NCBI GenBank assembly: GCA_041665405.1
Contig: JBAYIZ010000001.1
Location: 26,618-90,617 of the forward strand
From: Candidatus Magasanikiibacteriota bacterium
GTDB taxonomy: Bacteria; Patescibacteriota; Patescibacteriia; Magasanikbacterales; GWA2-37-8
DNA: 64,000 nt
Direction: 5' to 3'
The translations under genes and the position numbers were made by a program. Within the stretch, counting starts at the first letter, position 1; every line of letters starts with the position of its first letter. Below, in pieces: positions 9,939 to 19,163 of this stretch. The notes under the pieces were generated by a model, which saw only the letters and a list, made by a program, of their open reading frames with translations, was not told the DNA's origin and ran no database searches.

Positions 9939-11065
9939 ATTATTTCTTCAGTAATGGTTTTTTCGGCATCCAATAAAGTAATATTTTCTAGAGATATTTT
10001 GACCTGTTCGCTCGTGCCACTAGGGTTGTGAGGTTTCAGGAGTAGGCGAGTATCATGTCCTTTTTTAGAATGTAAAATGCCGTTGATTGTTTTTTGCCCG
10101 TTCAGATTTTCAATCTCGTATAGTATTAATATCAAATCAATTTCCGGAGAGTTGCCAATGAGCTCAGGAATAATATCTTTTAGCTCTTCTTCATTGGCAC
10201 CGCAGTTGGTGAACTCTTCTTTGGTGACAGTGGTCCAAGCAAATCTTTTACTAGTTTCGATTTTTAATTTTGATAAGGCTGTACCCCAAAGCTTTAGGGT
10301 AGACAAACTACGAGTGCGATACAGATTCTGAATAATTTTTTCTCGGTTGGCACCGTGGTTAATCAACTCGCTGGCGGCTTGTAAAGTGAGGGGAGTAACG
10401 TTGGTAGTTTTGAAACTGTGAGTGGCGGCAATCATACCAGCCAACAGAGCAGTGGCGCTATTTTCATCAATCTGATTATCCCAGAGATGTTTGCTCAATC
10501 GATAAATCATTTCACCAATAGAAGTGGCGTTGAGATCAATATAATTTATTTGGCCATATCGTTCGTTGTTAGCGTGATAATCAATATTAACTATATTGTT
10601 TCGATAAAACAAATCAGTATTGTTTAAAAAAATCGGTCCCAATGTTTCGAGATCTGATGTCCCTAGAGTAATTATTAAATCATATTTATAAGCAGATTGT
10701 GCAGTACGCAATTCGTCCTTGGTAAGCAATCCGTCTTTTGGAGTTAAATAGATAGATAGCCAATTATCTTTTATATCATAACTTAGACTTTCAATTTTGG
10801 CGTGGGAGACATCAACTTTAATAATAAGTTTTTGTAAATGTTCGAGTTTGGATTTTATGTTTTTTAATCCGTTCAAAAGAGCAAGATTTTTGGATGGCAA
10901 AAAATTTGGACAGGCGATGTCGGCCGATTTGTGATTTTTTTCAAAAAAAGAAGACAAGGCCAAAGCAGAAGCAATCGCATCAGTATTTTCGTGGTTATTA
11001 AAAACTATCAAAACGTGTCGACAATTCTCAATTTCCTGTTTGATTTGTTGGATTTCATTTAACAT
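9923..11065 (-). CDS. DHH/DHHA1 (NrnA-like) phosphoesterase-family protein with degenerate motifs
   Basis: TDAIAS, NIDYHANNERYG, ATSIGE, LKLWG; catalytic motifs altered. Confidence 0.8.
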   Translation of the reverse strand: MLNEIQQIKQEIENCRHVLIVFNNHENTDAIASALALSSFFEKNHKSADIACPNFLPSKNLALLNGLKNIKSKLEHLQKLIIKVDVSHAKIESLSYDIKDNWLSIYLTPKDGLLTKDELRTAQSAYKYDLIITLGTSDLETLGPIFLNNTDLFYRNNIVNIDYHANNERYGQINYIDLNATSIGEMIYRLSKHLWDNQIDENSATALLAGMIAATHSFKTTNVTPLTLQAASELINHGANREKIIQNLYRTRSLSTLKLWGTALSKLKIETSKRFAWTTVTKEEFTNCGANEEELKDIIPELIGNSPEIDLILILYEIENLNGQKTINGILHSKKGHDTRLLLKPHNPSGTSEQVKISLENITLLDAEKTITEEIIKSLN

Positions 11066-11207
11066 AAGCAATAGATGATTTTACCAATAAACAAGCGGTC
11101 TGTCAAGGGTCTTATCAACTTGCCATAATGTCCAAATTTAGGTAAAATATTAGGGTGATTAAAAATTCATTTTAAAATAAAAACGCTATAATAAGCTAAA
11201 TTTTTGT

Positions 11208-13853
11208 ATGAAGGAATTATCTAAGGCCTACGAACCGCAAAAATACGAGGATGAAATCTATAAAAAGTGGATGGATAGTGGGTTTTTTAATCCTGATACT
11301 TGTGTTGAAAAAGGTGTCTGTAAGGATGATTCACCGACATTTAGTATGGTTTTGCCTCCACCAAATGTCACCGGCACTCTTCATATTGGTCATGCCTCGA
11401 TGTTGGCGATAGAGGATTTAGTGACTAGATACAAGAGGATGCAAGGTTTTAAGACCTTGTGGTTGCCTGGGACTGATCATGCGGCGATTGCCACTCAGGC
11501 CAAAGTGGAGAAGCTTTTGATTGAAAAAGGTATAAAGGAACCGAAAAAAGAATTGGGCAGAGAAAAGTTTTTGGCGGAAGTAGAAAAATTTGCTCAGGAA
11601 TCGCATGACACTATTGTGAACCAATGTAAGAAAATGGGGTCAAGTTTGGATTGGAGTCGAGAGGCATTTACTTTGGATGTGGAAAGAAATTTGGCAGTGC
11701 GTACAGTTTTTAAAAAAATGTATGATGATGGTTTGATTTATCGCGGGTTACGATTGGTAAATTGGTGTCCACATTGCAAATCTACCTTGGCAGATGATGA
11801 AGTAGAACACAAAGATCAGATTGCTAAACTTTATACTTTCAAATATTCCAAAGATTTCCCAATTGCGATCGCTACTACTAGACCGGAAACAAAATTAGGC
11901 GACACTGCAGTGGCGGTCAATTCAAACGATAAACGTTATGCCAAATATATTGGCCAAGAATTTGTAATTAAAAATTTTGCTGGTGGCGCGGATTTGAAAA
12001 TTAAGATTATTGGTGAGGAAAGTGTGGATATGAAGTTTGGTACTGGTGCAGTGGGTGTGACTCCAGCGCATAGTGCGATTGATTATGAAATGGCGCAAAA
12101 AAATAATTTGCCGATTGTAAAAATTATCAATGAAGAAGGACAGATGACCAAAGAAGCAGGAGAAAAATATTTGGGTAAAGCAGTAAAGGTAGCACGAGCT
12201 GAAGTGGTGGAATGGTTGAAAGAAAATAATCTTTTGGAAAAAGAGGAAGAAGTGCCAAATAGTTTATCTATTTGTTATCGCTGTGGTTATGCGATAGAAC
12301 CGTTGCCTTCCAAACAGTGGTTTATTGGGGTAAATAAGGAATTTGTTCTGCCTCATTCCAATATTGATGGAATACAATCCGGCGAAAAAGTGACACTCAA
12401 AAAATTGATGCAGAAAGTGGTGACCAATAAACAAATTGAAATTATCCCAGACAGGTTTGAAAAAACTTATTTTCACTGGATAGATAATTTGCGTGATTGG
12501 TGTATATCTCGTCAACTTTGGTATGGACATAGAATTCCGGTGTGGTACAAGGGTGAAGAAGTTTATTCTGGAATTGATGCGCCTACAAGTGAAGGTTGGT
12601 CGCAGGATCCAGATACATTGGACACTTGGTTTAGCGCTGGATTGTGGAGTTTTTCTACTTTGGGTTGGCCAAATCAAACCAAAGATTTAAAAGATTTTCA
12701 TCCCACAACATTGCTTGAAACTGGTTATGATATTATATTTTTCTGGGTGGCGCGTATGATTCTCATGACCACTTATACATTGGGTACTATTCCATTTGAA
12801 ACAGTTTATTTACACGGTCTAGTGCGAGATGAAAAGGGTAGAAAGATGAGTAAGAGTTTAGGTAATGTGATTAATCCGCTAGACACCATTTCCAAATTTG
12901 GCGCTGATGCGACTAGATTGTCTTTGTTGTTGGGTAATACTCCTGGTAATGATTTGAAATTGTCTGAAGAAAAAGTAGAAGGGTTTAGAAATTTTACCAA
13001 TAAGTTGTGGAATATTTCACGGTTTATGTTGCTCAATATTCCGGAGCCAAAGATTGATGTAAAATTGCCTGAATTAAAAACTTTGTCTGATAAATGGATT
13101 ATTGGTTGTTTGAGTAAAGTAGTCATGGATGCTTCAACCATGATTGAAAATTATCAACTATCAGCCGCCGGAGAAAAACTTCGTGAATTTACCTGGGGCG
13201 ATTTAGCGGATTGGTATTTGGAAATTGCAAAAGTGGAGGGTGGTAAAGAAGAAATTTTAAATTATATTCTAAACACGGTTTTAAAACTATGGCATCCGTT
13301 CATGCCATTTGTGACTGAACAGATTTGGAGTGAAATTTATGGTGGACAAAGAATGTTAATAGTAGAGAAGTGGCCCAAACAGGAAAGTATCACAGAGAAC
13401 ACTATTGAGTTTGAAACAATTAGAAATATCGTTACTGGTATTCGTACTTTGCGTGCCGACAACAAAATTGAACCAATCAAAAAATTAGACGCCACTATTA
13501 GTGCGGGCGCAAAATTAAATTTGATCAAAGAAAATTCTGAAGTTATCAAAGCTTTGGCTCGTTTGGGAAATTTGGATATTGTGGAATCTGCCAAAAAATC
13601 TTCTACTGCCGCTGGGTTTGTGGAGGGTGGAGTTGAAGTGTTTATTGAGCTTGCTGGGGCAATTGATCTGGACAAAGAAAAAGAACGCCTGCAAAAAGAA
13701 TTTGAAACATTAACAAAATATATCAACGGAATAGAGAATAAATTGGCGAATGAAGAATTTGTGAGAAATGCTCCACCGGCCGTGATAGAAAAAGAAAGAC
13801 AAAAATTAGCAGAAGCACAAGTGAAATTAGATAAAATTGAAGCCCAACTATAA
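11208..13853 (+). CDS. valS: Valyl-tRNA synthetase
   Basis: PPPNVTGTLHIGH, DWCISRQLWYGHRIP, KMSKS, C-terminal coiled coil. Confidence 0.97.
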   Translation: MKELSKAYEPQKYEDEIYKKWMDSGFFNPDTCVEKGVCKDDSPTFSMVLPPPNVTGTLHIGHASMLAIEDLVTRYKRMQGFKTLWLPGTDHAAIATQAKVEKLLIEKGIKEPKKELGREKFLAEVEKFAQESHDTIVNQCKKMGSSLDWSREAFTLDVERNLAVRTVFKKMYDDGLIYRGLRLVNWCPHCKSTLADDEVEHKDQIAKLYTFKYSKDFPIAIATTRPETKLGDTAVAVNSNDKRYAKYIGQEFVIKNFAGGADLKIKIIGEESVDMKFGTGAVGVTPAHSAIDYEMAQKNNLPIVKIINEEGQMTKEAGEKYLGKAVKVARAEVVEWLKENNLLEKEEEVPNSLSICYRCGYAIEPLPSKQWFIGVNKEFVLPHSNIDGIQSGEKVTLKKLMQKVVTNKQIEIIPDRFEKTYFHWIDNLRDWCISRQLWYGHRIPVWYKGEEVYSGIDAPTSEGWSQDPDTLDTWFSAGLWSFSTLGWPNQTKDLKDFHPTTLLETGYDIIFFWVARMILMTTYTLGTIPFETVYLHGLVRDEKGRKMSKSLGNVINPLDTISKFGADATRLSLLLGNTPGNDLKLSEEKVEGFRNFTNKLWNISRFMLLNIPEPKIDVKLPELKTLSDKWIIGCLSKVVMDASTMIENYQLSAAGEKLREFTWGDLADWYLEIAKVEGGKEEILNYILNTVLKLWHPFMPFVTEQIWSEIYGGQRMLIVEKWPKQESITENTIEFETIRNIVTGIRTLRADNKIEPIKKLDATISAGAKLNLIKENSEVIKALARLGNLDIVESAKKSSTAAGFVEGGVEVFIELAGAIDLDKEKERLQKEFETLTKYINGIENKLANEEFVRNAPPAVIEKERQKLAEAQVKLDKIEAQL

Positions 13854-13863
13854 TATTTTATTT

Positions 13864-14985
13864 ATGCCAGGAGATCAACTAGGAAGATCAAATGAATTTG
13901 GTGGTGATTTTGGAAAGATAGGCACTATTGAAACACCAGAAAAAAAATTAGCTGTGGAATTGCTTGATAGCGTGCGGTCTTTTGCTAATAATATTTATCC
14001 GCGTTTAAGAGCAGTCTTAAATTTAAGGAAAATAAATAGAGGCGTTCTGGATGTAAAGGCAAAACAAGAATTGTCTGCTTTGTTAAAAGAGATTCCGACG
14101 TTGGTATGTTTGCAATTAAATAATTTTACCTTTTTAAAGAATAAAAATTTAACCGGCACTACTCAAGTTGAGCATGATTTAAACAATTTTTCTGCTGGAT
14201 TATTTGGCGTTGTTGAATTAATAAAAGAAAATGAGGAAGCGGGTTTGAAGGCAGTAGCGGCAAATGATTTGGGTGGTGTTTTGAACGATTTGCAATTAGT
14301 TTGTGAATACTCTCCGGGTTTTATTATTACTTTGGAGGATATATTGTTACATGAACAGAATTTAGAATCGGATAAAGAAAATGTAGGACAGCGGGCGTTG
14401 GATCTGGATTTTTTATTGGCTGGTATTCGTCAATTGGTAATGAGTGGGGCAGTGGACGGTCGGGTAAATAAATTATTTAGTAGTTTAAAATTTTTAAGCT
14501 CGGAAGGTATTTTAAAAGAAACCGAAGAGATTGTTACTCAGCCGGCAGTAATTGGAAATTTTTTATTTAATGTCATGCGCAATGCTAGTAAGGAAAAAAC
14601 AGACACCAAGCATGTAAATTTTTATATTTTACGCGAAGGTGACGAGTTGGTAATTCGTATTGTAGATGCTGGTATTGGGATGACCAAAGAACAACTTGAC
14701 CCCAATAGTAAGAAATTTATTTTTGGAACAGGTAAAGAAAGTTCAGGCACAGGTAGTACTGGAATCGGGTTGGCTGATGCTGATAAGCGATTAAGCAAAT
14801 ATGCAAATAGTCAGGTGCGCGTATGGAGTCGCCCTAGAGAAAATACAGAAGCGGACTATAATACTTTTCCATCAGATAATAATGATGAGATCCCAGTGGT
14901 AGTAATGGAAAGTGGCGAAGACGACTCAATCACTGGATTAGTTTCAACAGTTTTTGAACTTAGATTACCAATTATTCAAAAATAA
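13864..14985 (+). CDS. Soluble histidine-kinase-like protein (HATPase_c)
   Basis: H-box-like HDLNN, N-box NVMRNA, G1 DAGIGM, G2 GSTGIGLA; no TM segment. Confidence 0.7.
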   Translation: MPGDQLGRSNEFGGDFGKIGTIETPEKKLAVELLDSVRSFANNIYPRLRAVLNLRKINRGVLDVKAKQELSALLKEIPTLVCLQLNNFTFLKNKNLTGTTQVEHDLNNFSAGLFGVVELIKENEEAGLKAVAANDLGGVLNDLQLVCEYSPGFIITLEDILLHEQNLESDKENVGQRALDLDFLLAGIRQLVMSGAVDGRVNKLFSSLKFLSSEGILKETEEIVTQPAVIGNFLFNVMRNASKEKTDTKHVNFYILREGDELVIRIVDAGIGMTKEQLDPNSKKFIFGTGKESSGTGSTGIGLADADKRLSKYANSQVRVWSRPRENTEADYNTFPSDNNDEIPVVVMESGEDDSITGLVSTVFELRLPIIQK

Positions 14986-14998
14986 ATATTTTAATTTT

Positions 14999-16198
14999 AT
15001 GAAATTATCAACTGACCAACAGAAAATTGTAGAATTATTAAATAGGGGTGTAGAAAATATTTACCCTAAAAAAGAATTCTTGGAAGCGCGTCTCAAAGAG
15101 GAGAAACAGCTCGCTCTCTATACCGGTTATGATCCAACTGCGCCGACTTTGCATATCGGACATGCTATTACGATGATGAAATTGCGTCAATTTCAGGATT
15201 TGGGACACAAGGTGATAATGTTGATTGGCGATTTTACCGGCATGATCGGAGATCCGACTGATAAAACTTCCGCGCGCGTTCAGTTGACGCATGATCAGGT
15301 GATGGAAAACTGCAAAAATTATAAAGAACAAGCCAGCGCGATTTTGAACTTCAAAGGAGACAACCCGGTTGAAATAAAATATAACGGCGAATGGTTGGGG
15401 AAATTAAATTTGGCAGGAGTGTTGGATTTGACTTCACATTTTACAGTAGATAGATTATTGGAGCGTGACATGTTTGATAAGAGAAAAAAAGAAGGGAAAC
15501 CAATATTTTTGCATGAATTTTTATATCCAGTCATGCAGGCCTATGATAGTGTGGCGATGGATGTAGACGGAGAAGTGGGAGGCAATGACCAGACATACAA
15601 CATGTTGGCTGGTCGTGATTTGATGAAAGATTTAAAAAATAAAGAAAAGTTTGTTTTGACTTCAAAATTGTTGGTAGATAATAGTGGTAAAAAAATGGGT
15701 AAAAGTGAAGGCAATATGATTGCCTTGTCTGACACTCCTGAGGATATGTTTGGCAAAGTGATGAGCTGGACAGATGGTATGATTGTGAATGGTTTTATTT
15801 TGTGTACCAGATTACCGATGGACGAAATCAATGGAATAGAAAAAGATTTAAAATCTGGTACAAATCCACGCGATATCAAATTGAGATTGGCGAAAGAAAT
15901 TGTGGTGACTTTTGTGGGTGAAAAAGAGGCCGTTGTGGCCCAAGAATATTTTGTGCATACATTTAGTAAAAAAGAACAACCAGATGAAATGCCAGAAATA
16001 AAACCAAGTGCATATGACATTTCTACTTTATTGGTAGAAGCGGGTGTGTGCAAAAGCAAAGGGGAAGTGCGTCGAGTGATAGATCAGGGTGGAGTAAAAA
16101 TAAATGAAGAAAAAGTGGGTGAAAATGATTATACTCATGTTGTAAAACCAAATGATATCGTGCAAAAAGGCAGTCGTTGGTTTGTAAAAGTGAAATAA
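14999..16198 (+). CDS. tyrS: Tyrosyl-tRNA synthetase
   Basis: GYDPTAPTLHIGH, GGNDQ, KMGKS, C-terminal S4-like domain. Confidence 0.96.
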   Translation: MKLSTDQQKIVELLNRGVENIYPKKEFLEARLKEEKQLALYTGYDPTAPTLHIGHAITMMKLRQFQDLGHKVIMLIGDFTGMIGDPTDKTSARVQLTHDQVMENCKNYKEQASAILNFKGDNPVEIKYNGEWLGKLNLAGVLDLTSHFTVDRLLERDMFDKRKKEGKPIFLHEFLYPVMQAYDSVAMDVDGEVGGNDQTYNMLAGRDLMKDLKNKEKFVLTSKLLVDNSGKKMGKSEGNMIALSDTPEDMFGKVMSWTDGMIVNGFILCTRLPMDEINGIEKDLKSGTNPRDIKLRLAKEIVVTFVGEKEAVVAQEYFVHTFSKKEQPDEMPEIKPSAYDISTLLVEAGVCKSKGEVRRVIDQGGVKINEEKVGENDYTHVVKPNDIVQKGSRWFVKVK

Positions 16199-16206
16199 TA
16201 AATTTT

Positions 16207-17379
16207 ATGTTAAGACCTAGATTAGGAGCGGAGATGCCAACCCCATTTTCGGAAGCAGGCAATAGATATGAATCAGCCAAAGCTGAAGTGAAAGCTGGGC
16301 TTCTGGACATTTATCAGGAGTTCGTTGATTTGGTGTCCGGATGGGAATTGGATTTTAATGATCCAAATTGGCATAAAGCTTTTTTGGATATTGAAGATGG
16401 TATTAAAAGTACGGCGGCTAGTTTTGGTATTATAGATATTGAACGTCCCGTGGTTACTGAAATAAACAAATTTGAAATGGGTGGTAAATTGTCTAATGAA
16501 GAACGGATCGATCTGTTATTTAAATTACAGGCAATTAGACAAAAATTAGAATCTTTTGAATTAGTACACCGGAAAAAAATGGAAAAAGTGGGGATGATTA
16601 ATTTGTTGAGTAATAAAAAAGCTGAATTATTAGAAAGGAAAGAAAATTTGATTGGTAAAATGGCGAAAGGTTTAAGAGGAGAAGCAAAAAAAATAAACGG
16701 AGAACCGCAACTGGTAGTAGAAAAACCAGATTTAAGCGAAAAAGATTTGGCTAATTTTGAACCAGATGAAATAGCCCGAAGTTCAAAAGATATTACACCA
16801 AAAACCAAAATATATATTGGCCCACTATTTGTTGGAATTTTTAGTGAAAAGTATAAACATTTAGATTATATTTACACTTCATTTCCAGAAAATAGGGTAC
16901 ATAGAGAGACAGTAATGACAGGTGGCAAAACCAAACAACAGTTATTTGAAGAAATGCAAAAACAAAAAATCCAAGTTTATGACGAAGCGAAATTTTTGAT
17001 GAGAAGTGAAGATTTTTCTACCACCTCAGAAACTGAACAAGCAGATTTTGTCCGTCTCACCGTAAGAGATTTATTTAATGATTCAAATAGTCACACTACT
17101 GATGAGATTTACGAAAGAAAAAGACAACTTGGTTTAGAATTGTGTCAAAGTCAAGATGGACCAAATTATCGTTTACATTATACCAATCAACCACAAGGTG
17201 AGTGGTTACGAATGGGTATGAAACAAATCACCGACGCGGATGGCTATCCGGGCGTGTTCTATCTGGATTGTGATGGTGGCGGTGGCCTGAAGCTCCGCGT
17301 CCATTGGATGTCTCCGGGGGATCAGTGGCGTTCCGGTCATCAGTTCGTCTTTCGTCTCAGCAAGTATGAAACTAAATAA
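16207..17379 (+). CDS. Hypothetical protein, probable DGR target with C-terminal variable region
   Basis: GLELC...GP..RL.Y..QP.GEW...ITDADG.P.VF.L...W..P...W...FVFRL C-terminus; the last ~47 codons are GC-rich with no A at the third position. Confidence 0.7.
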   Translation: MLRPRLGAEMPTPFSEAGNRYESAKAEVKAGLLDIYQEFVDLVSGWELDFNDPNWHKAFLDIEDGIKSTAASFGIIDIERPVVTEINKFEMGGKLSNEERIDLLFKLQAIRQKLESFELVHRKKMEKVGMINLLSNKKAELLERKENLIGKMAKGLRGEAKKINGEPQLVVEKPDLSEKDLANFEPDEIARSSKDITPKTKIYIGPLFVGIFSEKYKHLDYIYTSFPENRVHRETVMTGGKTKQQLFEEMQKQKIQVYDEAKFLMRSEDFSTTSETEQADFVRLTVRDLFNDSNSHTTDEIYERKRQLGLELCQSQDGPNYRLHYTNQPQGEWLRMGMKQITDADGYPGVFYLDCDGGGGLKLRVHWMSPGDQWRSGHQFVFRLSKYETK

Positions 17380-17433
17380 ATCAGTTTCATAAATTTGAAA
17401 CTGTGAAACTTTGACACTTTGTCACTTTGATTA
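17365..17433 (+). repeat. 9-bp perfect hairpin plus five imperfect 8-mer tandem repeats
   Basis: tatgaaact-N9-agtttcata (17365-17391); tttgaaac/tgtgaaac/tttgacac/tttgtcac/tttgatta (17394-17433). Confidence 0.8.
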
Positions 17434-17441
17434 AAAATATT

Positions 17442-19160
17442 ATGTCATCATCAGAATTAATTTTAAAACTGATACAAAACGCTGGAGTTGAGGGTGAAAT
17501 CAAGTTATCTCCTGTACCAAAACCAGAGATGGGTGATTTGGCGTTTAGTTGTTTTGAATTGGCTAAAGCGCAAGGGAAAAATCCGGTGGAGTGCGCGAGG
17601 GATCTAGCTGCTAAAATAGATTCCCGTTTGCACGGGAATGACAATGTGGATGACTGCGTTGTTGAACGCGTGGTTGCTTTTGGTCCGTATGTAAATTTCT
17701 TTTTGAATTCTGGTTCAATTGCCAAGAATATTATTAGTGACATTCAAAAACAAGGCAAAAAATATGGTTTTAATGATGTTGGTAAAAGTAAAAAAGTAGT
17801 GATTGAATATCCTAGCAATAATACTCATAAAGAATTGCACATAGGTCATTTGCGAAATATTTGTATTGGAAATTCGTTGACTAATATTTTTAGAGTAAAT
17901 GGTTTTAATATTGAGCCAATCAATTATCTCAATGATTTTGGAGCGCATGTAGCCAAATGTTTGTGGGGTTTGGAAAAGTTTCACAAAGGTGAAAAACCAC
18001 CAAAAGGGGAGGAGCAAAAATGGTTGGGTGAAATTTATGCGGAGGCGAGCATATATTTGGAGGCACATCCTGAAGAAAAAGAAGAATCGTTTGCCATGCA
18101 AAAAAAATTGGAGGCACGCGACAGAAGTGTATGGTCAATATTTAAAAAAACTAGACAATGGAGTATCGATGGTTTTGATAAAGTGTTCAAAGAATTGGGG
18201 GTCAAACATAATCGAGTTTTTTACGAGCAAGATGTCAAAGATGATGGCCAAAAAATTGTGGATAATCTATTGAATACAAAAATTGCTCAAGTGGGTGAGG
18301 GTGGAGCAATCATTGTTGATTTGAATAAATTTAATTTAGATATTGGTTTGTTGCGTAAGAGTAATGGTGCTGGGTTATATCTGACTAGCGATTTGGGATT
18401 GGCGGTAGCTAAAAATAAGAAATACAAAAATATTTCCGAGAGTATTCACCTGACTGGCAGTGAACAAAATTTTTATTTCAAACAATTGTTCAAAATTTTA
18501 GAATTGGCTGGATATAAATATAAGATGACCCATATTGGCTACGGGTTGGTAATGTTGCCAGAAGGTAAGATGTCTTCACGCACTGGTAAGGTTGTTTTGT
18601 ATGATGATGTGAGAGATTTGGTTTATAATAAAGTGTTGGAAGAAACAACCAAACGCCATCCTGACTGGAATAAAAAGAAGCTGGCGAATGTGTCTTTGAA
18701 AATCGCTTTGGCCGCCATTAAATTTGAGTTCCTAAAGCACGAAGCCAATAAGACAATAATTTTTGATGCGGCAATGGCGACGAAGTTTGAAGGTTTTACG
18801 GGACCATATATTTTGTATATGGTAGCGCGTATCAATAGTATGTTGCGTAAAGGAAAAGTGAAATTGAAAAATATCGATTTTAGTTTATTAAAAGAAAGCG
18901 AAGAAAAACAGTTGGTATTATTGTTAGGGGAATATGGCGAAGTAATAAAGAAATCTTTTGATAATTATAATCCTTCGGTTTTGACCAAATATAGTTTTGA
19001 TGTGGCACAGGCATTTAGTAATTTTTATGCTAAACACAGCGTTTTAAATAATGAAAATACAGAGTTGGTGAAAGCGCGTTTGGCTCTGTGTGGTGCTACC
19101 AAACAGGTGTTGGAAAATTGTTTGGCCACTATGTCTATTGAGGTGATTGATATAATGTAG
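17442..19160 (+). CDS. argS: Arginyl-tRNA synthetase
   Basis: GPYVNF, LHIGHLRN, YLTSDL, KMSSRTG, GPYILYMVARINS. Confidence 0.96.
   Translation: MSSSELILKLIQNAGVEGEIKLSPVPKPEMGDLAFSCFELAKAQGKNPVECARDLAAKIDSRLHGNDNVDDCVVERVVAFGPYVNFFLNSGSIAKNIISDIQKQGKKYGFNDVGKSKKVVIEYPSNNTHKELHIGHLRNICIGNSLTNIFRVNGFNIEPINYLNDFGAHVAKCLWGLEKFHKGEKPPKGEEQKWLGEIYAEASIYLEAHPEEKEESFAMQKKLEARDRSVWSIFKKTRQWSIDGFDKVFKELGVKHNRVFYEQDVKDDGQKIVDNLLNTKIAQVGEGGAIIVDLNKFNLDIGLLRKSNGAGLYLTSDLGLAVAKNKKYKNISESIHLTGSEQNFYFKQLFKILELAGYKYKMTHIGYGLVMLPEGKMSSRTGKVVLYDDVRDLVYNKVLEETTKRHPDWNKKKLANVSLKIALAAIKFEFLKHEANKTIIFDAAMATKFEGFTGPYILYMVARINSMLRKGKVKLKNIDFSLLKESEEKQLVLLLGEYGEVIKKSFDNYNPSVLTKYSFDVAQAFSNFYAKHSVLNNENTELVKARLALCGATKQVLENCLATMSIEVIDIM
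17615..17647. repeat. Palindromic ATTCCC-N8-GGGAAT repeat, copy 1 (inside argS)
   Basis: aatagattcccgtttgcacgggaatgacaatgt; 32/33 identical to 30189-30221. Confidence 0.9.
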
Positions 19161-19163
19161 ATT

